Below are positions 10,893-24,841 of a stretch of 64,000 bases of DNA, one piece after another. Source of the DNA: Opitutales bacterium. Its GTDB lineage: Bacteria > Verrucomicrobiota > Verrucomicrobiia > Opitutales > UBA2987. The notes under the pieces are model-generated. The model worked only from the letters and a program-made list of their open reading frames with translations. It searched no databases and had not been told where the DNA came from. The position numbers were made by a program, and so were the translations under genes. The stretch lies in the NCBI GenBank assembly GCA_965226885.1, contig CBDDEL010000017.1:544001-608000 (forward strand). The letters run 5' to 3'. Every line of letters begins with the position of its first letter. Position 1 is the stretch's first letter.

Positions 10893-11263
10893 GTCGGAGC
10901 CACCATAACATAAAATCCAAAAACATGCAATGGATAGGTTGGCTCCGTTTGATGCGTTTGATTAAACTTCAATATTTCACGTATTTTTTCTCAAAAAACA
11001 CCAAATTCCCTCCAAAAAAACCTGTTTTTTATTAAAAAACCGCAAAATTCACAAAAAAAAAGGCATTACGTCCACAAACGTAAGTAAAAAAGCGCCTTCC
11101 GCCCATTACATAACCAATTACCCTAGCCTAACCAGAGTTTCCGTGATATAAATACGCTGCATCCAGCATCCCTCTTCCGGCTTGTCTTTGTTTACCCAAC
11201 AGCTATTTTGGATTCCTCTAAATGGCAAAAGCTGGGTGACAAATAGATTAAGGAGGATGGTTT

Positions 11264-14089
<2,826 letters not shown>

Positions 14090-14360
14090 GACTAAGTGGG
14101 TCGGTTGAAAAACCAGGTTTGTTAAAAAAATAGCACAGATCGCTATGAATATAATCATAGACTCCAAAGAACTGAAAAGACTTCTTTCCACAACGCCGGA
14201 TTTAATAATCATCGATGTGCGCCTTGCCTCCGACTTTGAAAATGCCCATTTACCGGGAGCGCTCAACAATTGCGTTTATGAAATGGCATTTGCCGAACGC
14301 CTTTCGGCAATCGCTCCGGAAAAAAATAGACCCCTATGTGTTTACGGAGCAGGCCCAAAA

Positions 14361-15688
14361 TGATGTGCACTGGAAAAAGTGGACACGAGATTCTCCTAAA
14401 TGGAGAATCGAAGCATGGGAAGAAGACGCTTTAGTATAGAGTTCAAAAATGAGGCAGTTCAACTGATGATACTCGATGGTCTGAGCGCCACCGAGGTATC
14501 GACCAAACTTGGGGTCAACACCAACCAATTGTATAGGTGGAAGAGGCTCTATCTGGACGATCAGCAGGGCGAAGCCACCTCAAAGCGACAGAGCAGTCCG
14601 AAGGAGATGGCGGCCGAGATAGATCGTCTTCGCAAAGAGCTGCGCCGCTCGGAGCGGATCAACCAGATACTAAAAAAAACGGTGGGCTACTTTGCCAAGG
14701 ACGAACAATGAAGTACCAGTTTGTCAAAGACAACGAGGGGCGCTTCAAGATCGAGGAAATATGCTCGGCGATGGGGATTTGTCGCAGTGGCTATTACTGC
14801 TGGAGGCCCCGAGCGCCCTCGGCCCGGCGGATCGAGGACGAGGGAATCAAGGGGGCGATTCTGAAGGTACACAAAGAGGCCAAGGGCCGCTATGGGCATC
14901 GGCCAATGCACCGCCATCTGAAGGATGATGAGGGCATCGATTGCGGCCGTGACCGGGCTCTGCGTCTGATGCGTGAAATGGGAATCAAAAGCACCCAGAG
15001 TAAACGCTTTAAGCCATTAAAAACCAACAGTAACCATCCCTATGGTTACAGCCCCAATGTGCTTAAAAAGCATGGCCAGCCGACCCATATCGACGAGGTC
15101 TGGGTGGCGGACACGACCTACCTACGGACCCTGGCCGGTTGGATGTACTTGGCCACGGTGATGGACCTGTTCAGCCGACGCCTGCTGGGCTGGAGCGTTT
15201 CCAACCACAACGACGCGAAGCTGGTTGGCAAGGCCCTCAAAGCCGCGGCCATGACCCGCGGCACACTGCGCACCGGGATTATTCATCACAGCGATCGGGG
15301 CAGCCCCTACGCCAGCGACGACTATCAGAGGCTGGTCTCTGAACTAGGCATGAAGCCGAGCATGAGCGCCCAAGGCAACTGCTACGACAACGCGGCCATG
15401 GAATCGTTCTACGGCCGCTTCAAGACCAGCACGATTCGAGGCCGCCACTTTGCCGACGAGCGCGAACTGCGATCAACTGTCTTCGAATACGTGGAAATCT
15501 TCTACAACCGATATCGCAAACATTCCTCTCTGAGTTACCAAAGCCCAGTCCAATTCGAGGAAAATATTTGCCCCCCATGGGGGGCAACGAGAAAACAAAA
15601 CCCTTTACCAAAACAAGCCGCCTGACACACTAATCAACAAACAATGAATATAAGAGAATCCCGTGTCCAACAAATCCAGTACACGTCA
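14361..15688 (+). mobile_element. IS3-family element copy 3, TSD aaa
   Basis: Both IRs intact, 1328 bp. Confidence 0.95.
14400..15625 (+). CDS. IS3 transposase: orfA 14400-14711, orfB 14708-15625
   Basis: Same motifs as copy 1. Confidence 0.93.
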
Positions 15689-16772
15689 AAAAGCTTTGAA
15701 TCCAGAATGGCCGCGGAAAAGCTCCACCGGGCTGGTTACACCGCAGTCTATGACCTTCAAGCGGGCCTCGAGTCCTGAGTCCTGGAAGAAAGAAGGATTA
15801 AGCATCGAAAAAATCAAAACTCCGCCTTCCTCTGGCCAACCGCCGCCTCCTCTTCAAGGCAAACGTCCCATCGATCTGATCATTAGCAAAATTGAGTGGG
15901 TCGGCAGGAATTTAGCCAGCAAACACCACGGCACGCTTAATTTTCAATCCGGTTTCATGAATTTTCAGGATGGAAACCCGATCGGCGGTTCCCTCGTCAT
16001 CGACATGAACTCCATCACCAATCAAAACCTGGCAGAACAAGAAGGGCGAAAAATCCTCGAAGAACACCTCAAGAGCGATGACTTTTTCGACGTGCGGAAA
16101 TACCCACACGCCAGCCTCCAATTAAAATCACTCGCACCCATCGAAAATACCACCAACGGCATGCCCAACTTCAAAATCACCGCACAACTGACCCTCAAAG
16201 GAATTGCCAACAGCCTGGAATTCATAGCCACAGCCCGGATCAATGAAAATGGACAATGGGTTGCCCAAGCCAATTTCGATTTTGACCGAACCCAATGGAA
16301 TATCATCTACGGCTCCGGAAAATTCTTCCAAAACCTCGGCATGCACCTCGTCAACGACCTCATCTCCCTGCAAATCAAAATTGTAGCATGAATGACGCTC
16401 CGAAATTCCGCAGTGACGCCAAAATCAAATGGTACCGTAGCAAGGTTGACCCAACCTTGATGAGCGAGCTCTTGCAGAAAAACGACTTTCAAGGATTCCG
16501 CCATTCGCTGGGGCACCTGGCCCTCTTCTTCACCACTGGCATGCTGGCTTACTTTACCTTCCGCCAGATCCATGTGAGCAACTGGATATGGACCGTGCCC
16601 CTGCTACTCTTGGCATTATTTATTCACGGAACATTCACCACCTTCCTGGGCGGCCACACCTGCCATGAACTCGGCCATCGGACACCTTTCAAAACCAAGG
16701 CCTGGAACGACTTCTTTTTAAAGATTTTCGCCTTCATAGGCTGGTGGGACTACGTCTGGTTCCGTCCCAGCC

Positions 16773-18100
16773 TGACGTGTACTGGATTTGTTGGACACGG
16801 GATTCTCTTATATTCATTGTTTATTGATTAGTGTGTCAGGCGGCTTGTTTTGGTAAAGGGTTTTGTTTTCTCGTTGCCCCCCATGGGGGGCAAATATTTT
16901 CCTCGAATTGGACTGGGCTTTGGTAACTCAGAGAGGAATGTTTGCGATATCGGTTGTAGAAGATTTCCACGTATTCGAAGACAGTTGATCGCAGTTCGCG
17001 CTCGTCGGCAAAGTGGCGGCCTCGAATCGTGCTGGTCTTGAAGCGGCCGTAGAACGATTCCATGGCCGCGTTGTCGTAGCAGTTGCCTTGGGCGCTCATG
17101 CTCGGCTTCATGCCTAGTTCAGAGACCAGCCTCTGATAGTCGTCGCTGGCGTAGGGGCTGCCCCGATCGCTGTGATGAATAATCCCGGTGCGCAGTGTGC
17201 CGCGGGTCATGGCCGCGGCTTTGAGGGCCTTGCCAACCAGCTTCGCGTCGTTGTGGTTGGAAACGCTCCAGCCCAGCAGGCGTCGGCTGAACAGGTCCAT
17301 CACCGTGGCCAAGTACATCCAACCGGCCAGGGTCCGTAGGTAGGTCGTGTCCGCCACCCAGACCTCGTCGATATGGGTCGGCTGGCCATGCTTTTTAAGC
17401 ACATTGGGGCTGTAACCATAGGGATGGTTACTGTTGGTTTTTAATGGCTTAAAGCGTTTACTCTGGGTGCTTTTGATTCCCATTTCACGCATCAGACGCA
17501 GAGCCCGGTCACGGCCGCAATCGATGCCCTCATCATCCTTCAGATGGCGGTGCATTGGCCGATGCCCATAGCGGCCCTTGGCCTCTTTGTGTACCTTCAG
17601 GATCGCCCCCTTGATTCCCTCGTCCTCGATCCGCCGGGCCGAGGGCGCTCGGGGCCTCCAGCAGTAATAGCCACTGCGACAAATCCCCATCGCCGAGCAT
17701 ATTTCCTCGATCTTGAAGCGCCCCTCGTTGTCTTTGACAAACTGGTACTTCATTGTTCGTCCTTGGCAAAGTAGCCCACCGTTTTTTTTAGTATCTGGTT
17801 GATCCGCTCCGAGCGGCGCAGCTCTTTGCGAAGACGATCTATCTCGGCCGCCATCTCCTTCGGACTGCTCTGTCGCTTTGAGGTGGCTTCGCCCTGCTGA
17901 TCGTCCAGATAGAGCCTCTTCCACCTATACAATTGGTTGGTGTTGACCCCAAGTTTGGTCGATACCTCGGTGGCGCTCAGACCATCGAGTATCATCAGTT
18001 GAACTGCCTCATTTTTGAACTCTATACTAAAGCGTCTTCTTCCCATGCTTCGATTCTCCATTTAGGAGAATCTCGTGTCCACTTTTTCCAGTGCACATCA
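16773..18100 (-). mobile_element. IS3-family element copy 4, TSD agcc
   Basis: Both IRs present and a 4-bp duplication. Confidence 0.95.
16836..18061 (-). CDS. IS3 transposase: orfA 17750-18061, orfB 16836-17753
   Basis: Same motifs as copy 1. Confidence 0.93.
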
Positions 18101-18855
18101 AGCCACATCAAACACCATCAACTCACCGTCCATCACGATTACGACGGCGAGGTTGTCCTCCCATTAAAGTTCAGTTTAAAGGACTGGAAGTTCTGGCTCA
18201 CCCTGTTTGCCTGGAATCCATTGGATACATGGAACACCTTGAAACTCTACTACAAACGTGCAACCGGCCGAATGGACAACGAGTGGTACGAATTCCTGAT
18301 ACCCGAAAATAACCGGAAACTGCGGTATGAACATCGGGACTGGGCGCGGTTCACCCTGATCGGCCATGCCGCCCTCGCCACGCTTTTCATCGCCACCGGA
18401 CACTGGTTCCTGATCGTGGTGTTCACTTTCGGAAAACATTACTGCAATTGGCTTAGTTTTATGTGTGGTATGCCCCAACATATCGGTCTCCCTCCCAATA
18501 CGCCAGATTTTCGGCTTTGCTGCCGGACATTCACCTGTTCATGGTTCCCGGCCTTCCTCTACTGGAACATGCAGTACCACATCGAACATCACATGTTCCC
18601 CGCGGTTCCTTTCTTCAACCTGCCAAAGCTGCGTGAGGCCATTGCCCACGACCTCCCCCCCGCGCCTCACGGTTTGTTCGCCACCTGGAAGGAGATTCTC
18701 GTGATCCATCGTCAGCAGATCACCGATCCCGACTATGTTTTCGTGCCCAATTTGCCCCAATCCAAAGGCGATCAAGTTCAGGACGAAGTGCTCGAACGCG
18801 AAGCGGCGCACTCCCTCGACTAAACCAAAACGGCAAACCACAATCAAAAGACCTC

Positions 18856-18884
18856 AATGTTCATAATACATATTTATCGGGGAC
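18856..18884 (-). other. dif/Xer-like tyrosine recombinase site candidate
   Basis: Minus strand reads gtccccgATAA-atatgta-TTATGaacatt. Confidence 0.35.
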
Positions 18885-18960
18885 AATAACGTTTTCTAAC
18901 CTGTCAATTCGTCGTAAATCCCAATTTTTCACCTCAATAGGTAAATAAAAAACACTTACC

Positions 18961-19034
18961 ACCTACCCCGGACACTATACCAACGCGAATACCAACGCGA
19001 ACACCACCGCAGGAGTCCTCACTCTCCACAAACT
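18961..19034 (+). repeat. Degenerate direct repeat of the sucA 3' end (13979-14040) with an internal 12-bp duplication
   Basis: aggagtcctcactctccacaaact versus aggagtcctcaccctccacaaact. Collinear over 62 bp once taccaacgcgaa x2 is collapsed. Confidence 0.85.
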
Positions 19035-19833
19035 TATTCCCCTTGTCCTGCCGCTACTACGACCTCGGCATTCGCCATACCATTAGCCCGGATATTTCAT
19101 GAAGGGTAAAGTTTGGCTCGTTATTGCTATTGGAGATGGATTTCTTTGTATTTTGAGCAGATCGTCTTGATTTTTAGGTGTTTTTCAGGGTGTAGAGACA
19201 CTGCCCCCTTTCCCCCATTGGTTCGGTAGTGCCGGGGGCAGCACCAATGCACCCTTTAGGTTGGCACCAATCGGCGGGGCGCATGGTTGAAAAGACTGGC
19301 CCAAGGATAACTCTCACTTAGGTGAAAGTGAATCGTTCGGGTGTTGCGCACGATGACCGCTCCGATCTTGATTAATTTGAGCCGCAGGGTGTGGCATTGG
19401 GCCCGCGCCCACTTCGTCCCTTTTAAGGCTAACCGGCGCATGGCTTCCATCAAGGTGTAGGCCAGCGCCGACAAGAGCAATCGCCACTGATTGGCCCACC
19501 ATTGATGGGCGCTGGTGCGCTCGCTGAACAATTGCATCTGTTCCTTGATTCGGTTCTCCATTTCACCGCGGCCACAGTATACCTTGTCGTAAAGCTCCTG
19601 GGGATCGCCCGGCAGGTTCGTCACCACGAAGCGCGGGTTGGACCCCTGTGCGGTGTGTTCGGCTTTATGGATGACCAACCGCAGCCATCGCCACGAATCG
19701 GCAGCATAGACGAAGTCCTGGAATAACCGTTGTTTTTTACCCCTTAGTTCGAACCATTCTTTGGCCTGCTTTTGCAACTGCTGGGCGTCTTGCTGCAAGC
19801 GTGCATTGCGAGCCATCCCCACGATGTAACTAA

Positions 19834-21400
19834 CCCGGATATTTCATGAAGGGTAAAGTTTGGCTCGTTATTGCTATTGGAGATGGATTTCTTTGTATTT
19901 TGAGCAGATCGTCTTGATTTTTAGGTGTTTTTCAGGGTGTAGAGACACTGCCCCCTTTCCCCCATTGGTTCGGTAGTGCCGGGGGCAGCACCAATGCACC
20001 CTTTAGGTTGGCACCAATCGGCGGGCCGCATGGTTGAAAAGACTGGCCCAAGGATAACTCTCACTTAGGTGAAAGTGAATCGTTCGGGTGTTGCGCACGA
20101 TGACCGCTCCGATCTTGATTAATTTGAGCCGCAGGGTGTGGCATTGGGCCCGCGCCCACTTCGTCCCTTTTAAGGCTAACCGGCGCATGGCTTCCATCAA
20201 GGTGTAGGCCAGCGCCGACAAGAGCAATCGCCACTGATTGGCCCACCATTGATGGGCGCTGGTGCGCTCGCTGAACAATTGCATCTGTTCCTTGATTCGG
20301 TTCTCCATTTCACCGCGGCCACAGTATACCTTGTCGTAAAGCTCCTGGGGATCGCCCGGCAGGTTCGTCACCACGAAGCGCGGGTTGGACCCCTGTGCGG
20401 TGTGTTCGGCTTTATGGATGACCAACCGCAGCCATCGCCACGAATCGGCAGCATAGACGAAGTCCTGGAATAACCGTTGTTTTTTACCCCTTAGTTCGAA
20501 CCATTCTTTGGCCTGCTTTTGCAACTGCTGGGCGTCTTGCTGCAAGCGTGCATTGCGAGCCATCCCCACGATGTAACTAACTTCGTTGCGGTCGCACCAA
20601 GAGAGTATCCGGTCTCGACAAAATCCACTGTCGGCGCGCCAAATAATCCGCGTACGGGGCCAGCTTTGGCGAATCCGTTTAACCAGCAATTTGAGGATGG
20701 CCCCGGCATGCTTGCTGGCATCGATCTTGCTCGGCCGCAGGTAGGCCACCAGCAGCTGATCACCGCAAAAAACATATAGCGGCAGAAAACAGTAATGATC
20801 ATAATAACCGTGGAAAAAACGTCCCTCCTGGAGCCCGTGCACCGGATTGTCGGTGGCGTCAAAGTCCAGGATGATCTCTTCGGGTTCCTCGGCAAAGGAG
20901 CCCATGAACTGTTCGACCAACAGCTCGTTTACCGCAAAGGCCGCCCGCCGATCCTGCCCGTTTTCAAAACGACACAAAGTCGGCGCGCTGGCCAACGTTT
21001 CAATGCGCCCCGTTACCGTTTGCAACAATGGATCGTGGCGCAGGGTATCAAAGTCGTTCAAATCCTCATAGCCCGCCACCAGCCCGTAAACGCGCTGCCG
21101 CAGCATCCCCAATACCTCATGGCGTACTTTGCCCTTCTGCCGTTTGTCCACTAACTGTCGGGCCGCTCGTTCGGTCAAGCCCAACTGCCGATCCACTTCC
21201 CGGATCAAAAGCAGTCCGGCATCCGAAGTAACCTCTCCGCCCTTGAAATCAACCCGCACACGGCGGCCTTTTACCCTTGTCAACTGTAGCTTTAATTGTT
21301 TACCTTTTGTCATCGCTGATATTGCTTTAATTATTGATCTATCCTGCTGTATATCAGCAGTTAAGCATATCAACGATACTTTTTTTACGAAATATCCGGG
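19834..21400 (-). mobile_element. IS1380-family complete inner copy (1567 bp), TSD ctaa
   Basis: Both IRs present, ctaa on both sides. Confidence 0.95.
20003..21313 (-). CDS. IS1380 transposase (intact)
   Basis: TSDAGLLL, LDFDATD, RADSGF and RGEMENRIKE motifs. ATG start chosen at MTKGK. Confidence 0.93.
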   Translation of the reverse strand: MTKGKQLKLQLTRVKGRRVRVDFKGGEVTSDAGLLLIREVDRQLGLTERAARQLVDKRQKGKVRHEVLGMLRQRVYGLVAGYEDLNDFDTLRHDPLLQTVTGRIETLASAPTLCRFENGQDRRAAFAVNELLVEQFMGSFAEEPEEIILDFDATDNPVHGLQEGRFFHGYYDHYCFLPLYVFCGDQLLVAYLRPSKIDASKHAGAILKLLVKRIRQSWPRTRIIWRADSGFCRDRILSWCDRNEVSYIVGMARNARLQQDAQQLQKQAKEWFELRGKKQRLFQDFVYAADSWRWLRLVIHKAEHTAQGSNPRFVVTNLPGDPQELYDKVYCGRGEMENRIKEQMQLFSERTSAHQWWANQWRLLLSALAYTLMEAMRRLALKGTKWARAQCHTLRLKLIKIGAVIVRNTRTIHFHLSESYPWASLFNHAARRLVPT

Positions 21401-22329
21401 CTAACTTCGTTGCGGTCGCACCAAGAGAGTATCCGGTCTCGACAAAATCCACTGTCGGCGCGCCAAATAATCCGCGTACGGGGCCAGCTTTGGCGAATCC
21501 GTTTAACCAGCAATTTGAGGATGGCCCCGGCATGCTTGCTGGCATCGATCTTGCTCGGCCGCAGGTAGGCCACCAGCAGCTGATCACCGCAAAAAACATA
21601 TAGCGGCAGAAAACAGTAATGATCATAATAACCGTGGAAAAAACGTCCCTCCTGGAGCCCGTGCACCGGATTGTCGGTGGCGTCAAAGTCCAGGATGATC
21701 TCTTCGGGTTCCTCGGCAAAGGAGCCCATGAACTGTTCGACCAACAGCTCGTTTACCGCAAAGGCCGCCCGCCGATCCTGCCCGTTTTCAAAACGACACA
21801 AAGTCGGCGCGCTGGCCAACGTTTCAATGCGCCCCGTTACCGTTTGCAACAATGGATCGTGGCGCAGGGTATCAAAGTCGTTCAAATCCTCATAGCCCGC
21901 CACCAGCCCGTAAACGCGCTGCCGCAGCATCCCCAATACCTCATGGCGTACTTTGCCCTTCTGCCGTTTGTCCACTAACTGTCGGGCCGCTCGTTCGGTC
22001 AAGCCCAACTGCCGATCCACTTCCCGGATCAAAAGCAGTCCGGCATCCGAAGTAACCTCTCCGCCCTTGAAATCAACCCGCACACGGCGGCCTTTTACCC
22101 TTGTCAACTGTAGCTTTAATTGTTTACCTTTTGTCATCGCTGATATTGCTTTAATTATTGATCTATCCTGCTGTATATCAGCAGTTAAGCATATCAACGA
22201 TACTTTTTTTACGAAATATCCGGGTTAGGGTCGTTCCATAGGGCAAGCCAGAACAGTTCGCCATTGAGTAAAATTTTCGAGTAATCTTGATAACTGCCCT
22301 GGTACCCCCCTCGGCTACTATTTTCAAGT

Positions 22330-22776
22330 TCAAATTTGGGCTGCCTTATGCTCAAGAGCTTTAAGGGCATATTTCCAGGCGTTTTCCTGCCACACACGAT
22401 GCTCTTCCCACTCCGGCGAACTTCGCCAGCCCACATGCAATACATGAACGTCAGTGCCTTCACCAGTTGGCACAAAAAAAACCATTCCATGAGTCAGTGG
22501 GTCGGCATCGTTGGCAAAGTGTTTAAATTGCTTTGGCCCCCGCCACTCGAAGGAAAGAAGATTCGGTTTTTTCAAAGCCGTTATGCGGCAACCCAATGTG
22601 CTGTTGTTTTCACGGTCATCCGGATCCCAAAACAAAAAATAACGGCCTCCATTCTCCGCATCCACCTCTGCCTTCAGACATAACCAGCTCTCCAGCAAAG
22701 TTTCATCCGTAAAATAGGCAAAAGCTCTATCCGGGGAACAGTTGAGCCTGGCCTGGCAATGAATAATTTTGTCCAT
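22330..22776 (-). CDS. SRPBCC/AHSA1-like domain protein
   Basis: AFAYFTD..LESW, GGRY...W, LSFEW, H.GW and a C-terminal helix. Confidence 0.8.
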   Translation of the reverse strand: MDKIIHCQARLNCSPDRAFAYFTDETLLESWLCLKAEVDAENGGRYFLFWDPDDRENNSTLGCRITALKKPNLLSFEWRGPKQFKHFANDADPLTHGMVFFVPTGEGTDVHVLHVGWRSSPEWEEHRVWQENAWKYALKALEHKAAQI

Positions 22777-22931
22777 CTTGCTCTCTTTGGTATAAGTTTT
22801 GAAAATAGGTTCTAATCAAATCGGTAGTTTTATAAATTTATCCGTGCAATTCGTGGTCGAATAAAGGGGGGACAAATAAATCTTAACATTCAATAGCAAT
22901 TGCAATTTTAAATCAACCGAACCTCAACCCT

Positions 22932-24683
22932 CTAAATTTTCAGCCAGATATATTTGAAAGGCTTGAAAGTTATCGTATTTTGGTTTTTCAACTTCAGGTC
23001 TCTTGACGTTATCACCGACAGGCAAGATTCCAGACCGGCAAACGGTGCGTAAATTTCAGGCAAAGACCTCTTGATCGCCTTAGAAGTAAAATTGTAGAGA
23101 CAAACTATGCATTCATTCCCGTTAGTAGATTTGCGGATCAAGCCGAAAAGTTCTGGGCCTATTTCCAAAATTTCCTGCTCTCCATCGGGATGAAAAGCCG
23201 TTTGCTGGTTGCGCCGGTTGAGCATTTTCAGATAATGCCGATAAACATAAGATGCGGTCAATTCAGAGTCGTTAAGCAACCCCCTCAATTCCTCCAGGTC
23301 CCACTTCTTCCGATTGATAGCTCGATTTTCCCCCGTAGCTTCTACACCTTCAAGATTATTTTCCGCACCCACCAAGCTGTTGAAATAGACGGCTGGGATT
23401 CCCTTCAAGGAGAGGGCCACGGCCTGGGAGCAAAGAAATCGGGCGGCCACGGCCTCATGATCCGGCTTTTCCTTCATGCGCAGGGCGTCGAAATAAGATA
23501 TGTTCAATTCGTAAGGACTCTTGGAGCCGTCGGGATTCTTTTTTTCCGAAAGGCGGCCGCCCTGTTTTTTGGTTTCTTTTATGAGCCACTTTATTTCCTT
23601 GGACGGCAAGAGATTTTCCACCGGACGCAACCCGATGCCATCATGAGAAGCCGTGAAATTGAGAAAAGTGCAACCTCTGGGAGGCGGTTCCATGGTTTTT
23701 GCCCAATGGGTAAGGTAGCTGGAATCTTCCTTCAACAATGCATGCAGAAGCAATGGCGGCAAAGCGAACTGATAAACCATATGGGCTTCGTCACCCTTTC
23801 CGAAATAATTGATGTTGTCCTCGTGAGGCACATTGGTCTCCGTCAGTAGGATGACATCCGGGGCTGCCACCGTTAGAATATCCCGGAGCAATTTTACAAC
23901 CTCATGGGTCTGGGGCTGGTGAAGGCAATCCGTGCCTAGGTTTTTCCATAAAAACGCCACCGCATCAAGCCGGATATAACGCGCTCCTTTTGATATGAAA
24001 TGGAAAAGAATATCCAGAAACTCAAAAAAAAGATCCGGATTCTGCCAATTTAGGTCCACCTGATCGGCGCTGAAAGTAGTCCACAAATGAACTTCCCCCT
24101 CACGCGTCATGGTCGGCGTCAAAAGGGGCGAAGTGCGCGGCCGCGCCACCGTGCTTAAATCCGTATCGGGGTCGATGGGCAGAAAATAATAACGAGCCGG
24201 TGCGATCCCGATAACGAAATCCTTAAACCAGCTATTCCCCACCGAACAATGATTCAGCACAAGGTCGAACATAAGGTGGAAATTCCCCCCCATAGCCTCC
24301 AAATCCTTCCACTTTCCATAATCGGGAGAAACCTCACGGTAATCGATAACGGAAAAACCATCATCCGAGGACCAGGGAAAAAATGGCAGCAGGTGCACCG
24401 TGCGGATGGCCCCCCGCAGCCGGCGGTAGAGAAACCGGTTGAGTGTGTCGAGCGGTCGCACCCCTTCACTTGTCAGCATATCGGGATAGGTAATTAGGAC
24501 GGTATCTTGTTCATTCCAGCGATGGGTCGCCGATTTGGTTCTGGTCCTCAGCCCCACCCCATAACGGCCCAGGCACATGAGCAAACGCTCAAAAAGGCGT
24601 TCCGCCTCTCCACCATAAAGTTTTCGCAACCGGCGGTGAATCTGATCCGCCCGGTTTCTACGTATGAATTTATAACTCGGCAC
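22932..24683 (-). CDS. GH13 sucrose-phosphorylase-family enzyme (glucosylglycerate phosphorylase-like)
   Basis: HLLPFFPWSSDDGFSV, WTTFSADQVDLN, RLDAV, TETNVPH and ASHDGIG motifs. Confidence 0.88.
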   Translation of the reverse strand: MPSYKFIRRNRADQIHRRLRKLYGGEAERLFERLLMCLGRYGVGLRTRTKSATHRWNEQDTVLITYPDMLTSEGVRPLDTLNRFLYRRLRGAIRTVHLLPFFPWSSDDGFSVIDYREVSPDYGKWKDLEAMGGNFHLMFDLVLNHCSVGNSWFKDFVIGIAPARYYFLPIDPDTDLSTVARPRTSPLLTPTMTREGEVHLWTTFSADQVDLNWQNPDLFFEFLDILFHFISKGARYIRLDAVAFLWKNLGTDCLHQPQTHEVVKLLRDILTVAAPDVILLTETNVPHEDNINYFGKGDEAHMVYQFALPPLLLHALLKEDSSYLTHWAKTMEPPPRGCTFLNFTASHDGIGLRPVENLLPSKEIKWLIKETKKQGGRLSEKKNPDGSKSPYELNISYFDALRMKEKPDHEAVAARFLCSQAVALSLKGIPAVYFNSLVGAENNLEGVEATGENRAINRKKWDLEELRGLLNDSELTASYVYRHYLKMLNRRNQQTAFHPDGEQEILEIGPELFGLIRKSTNGNECIVCLYNFTSKAIKRSLPEIYAPFAGLESCLSVITSRDLKLKNQNTITFKPFKYIWLKI

Positions 24684-24841
24684 CGTTCTCGTTATTAATG
24701 AATAATCCGCACACTTTTAATTTAACTATAAAAAATAATTAAGATAACAATCACGTTTGTAAATTATCATCCATATAATCCATGCATAAAATTCCCTCAT
24801 CCAGCTCCTACGAATATATTTTCATGATACATCAAAGTTAA

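Larger units (their letters stand above)
14145..16391 (+). pseudogene. Rhodanese-YceI fusion protein broken by IS3 and a 7-bp duplication
   Basis: IIDVR..HLPGA rhodanese start. After removing the IS the frame reads GPK|SFESRMAAEKL. gagtcct x2 at 15770-15783 creates a TGA. YceI motif HLKSDDFFDV follows. Confidence 0.85.
16388..18823 (+). pseudogene. Membrane fatty-acid desaturase / MocD-like oxygenase interrupted by IS3
   Basis: His boxes HELGH, HIKHH (rejoined across the IS) and HIEHH. ATGA overlap with the upstream gene. Confidence 0.88.
19087..22224 (-). mobile_element. IS1380-family outer copy, TSD ttag, split by a second copy of itself
   Basis: IRs cccggatatttc / gaaatatccggg. Transposase halves at 19256-19833 and 21401-22137. 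Confidence 0.95.

Noticed and set aside
14361..18100. Composite transposon of IS3 copies 3 and 4
   Set aside because: Each copy has its own TSD (aaa, agcc), so they are independent insertions.
17933..18823. Functional IS-initiated desaturase
   Set aside because: It lacks the first His box and the N-terminal helices. An in-frame join occurs by chance one time in three.
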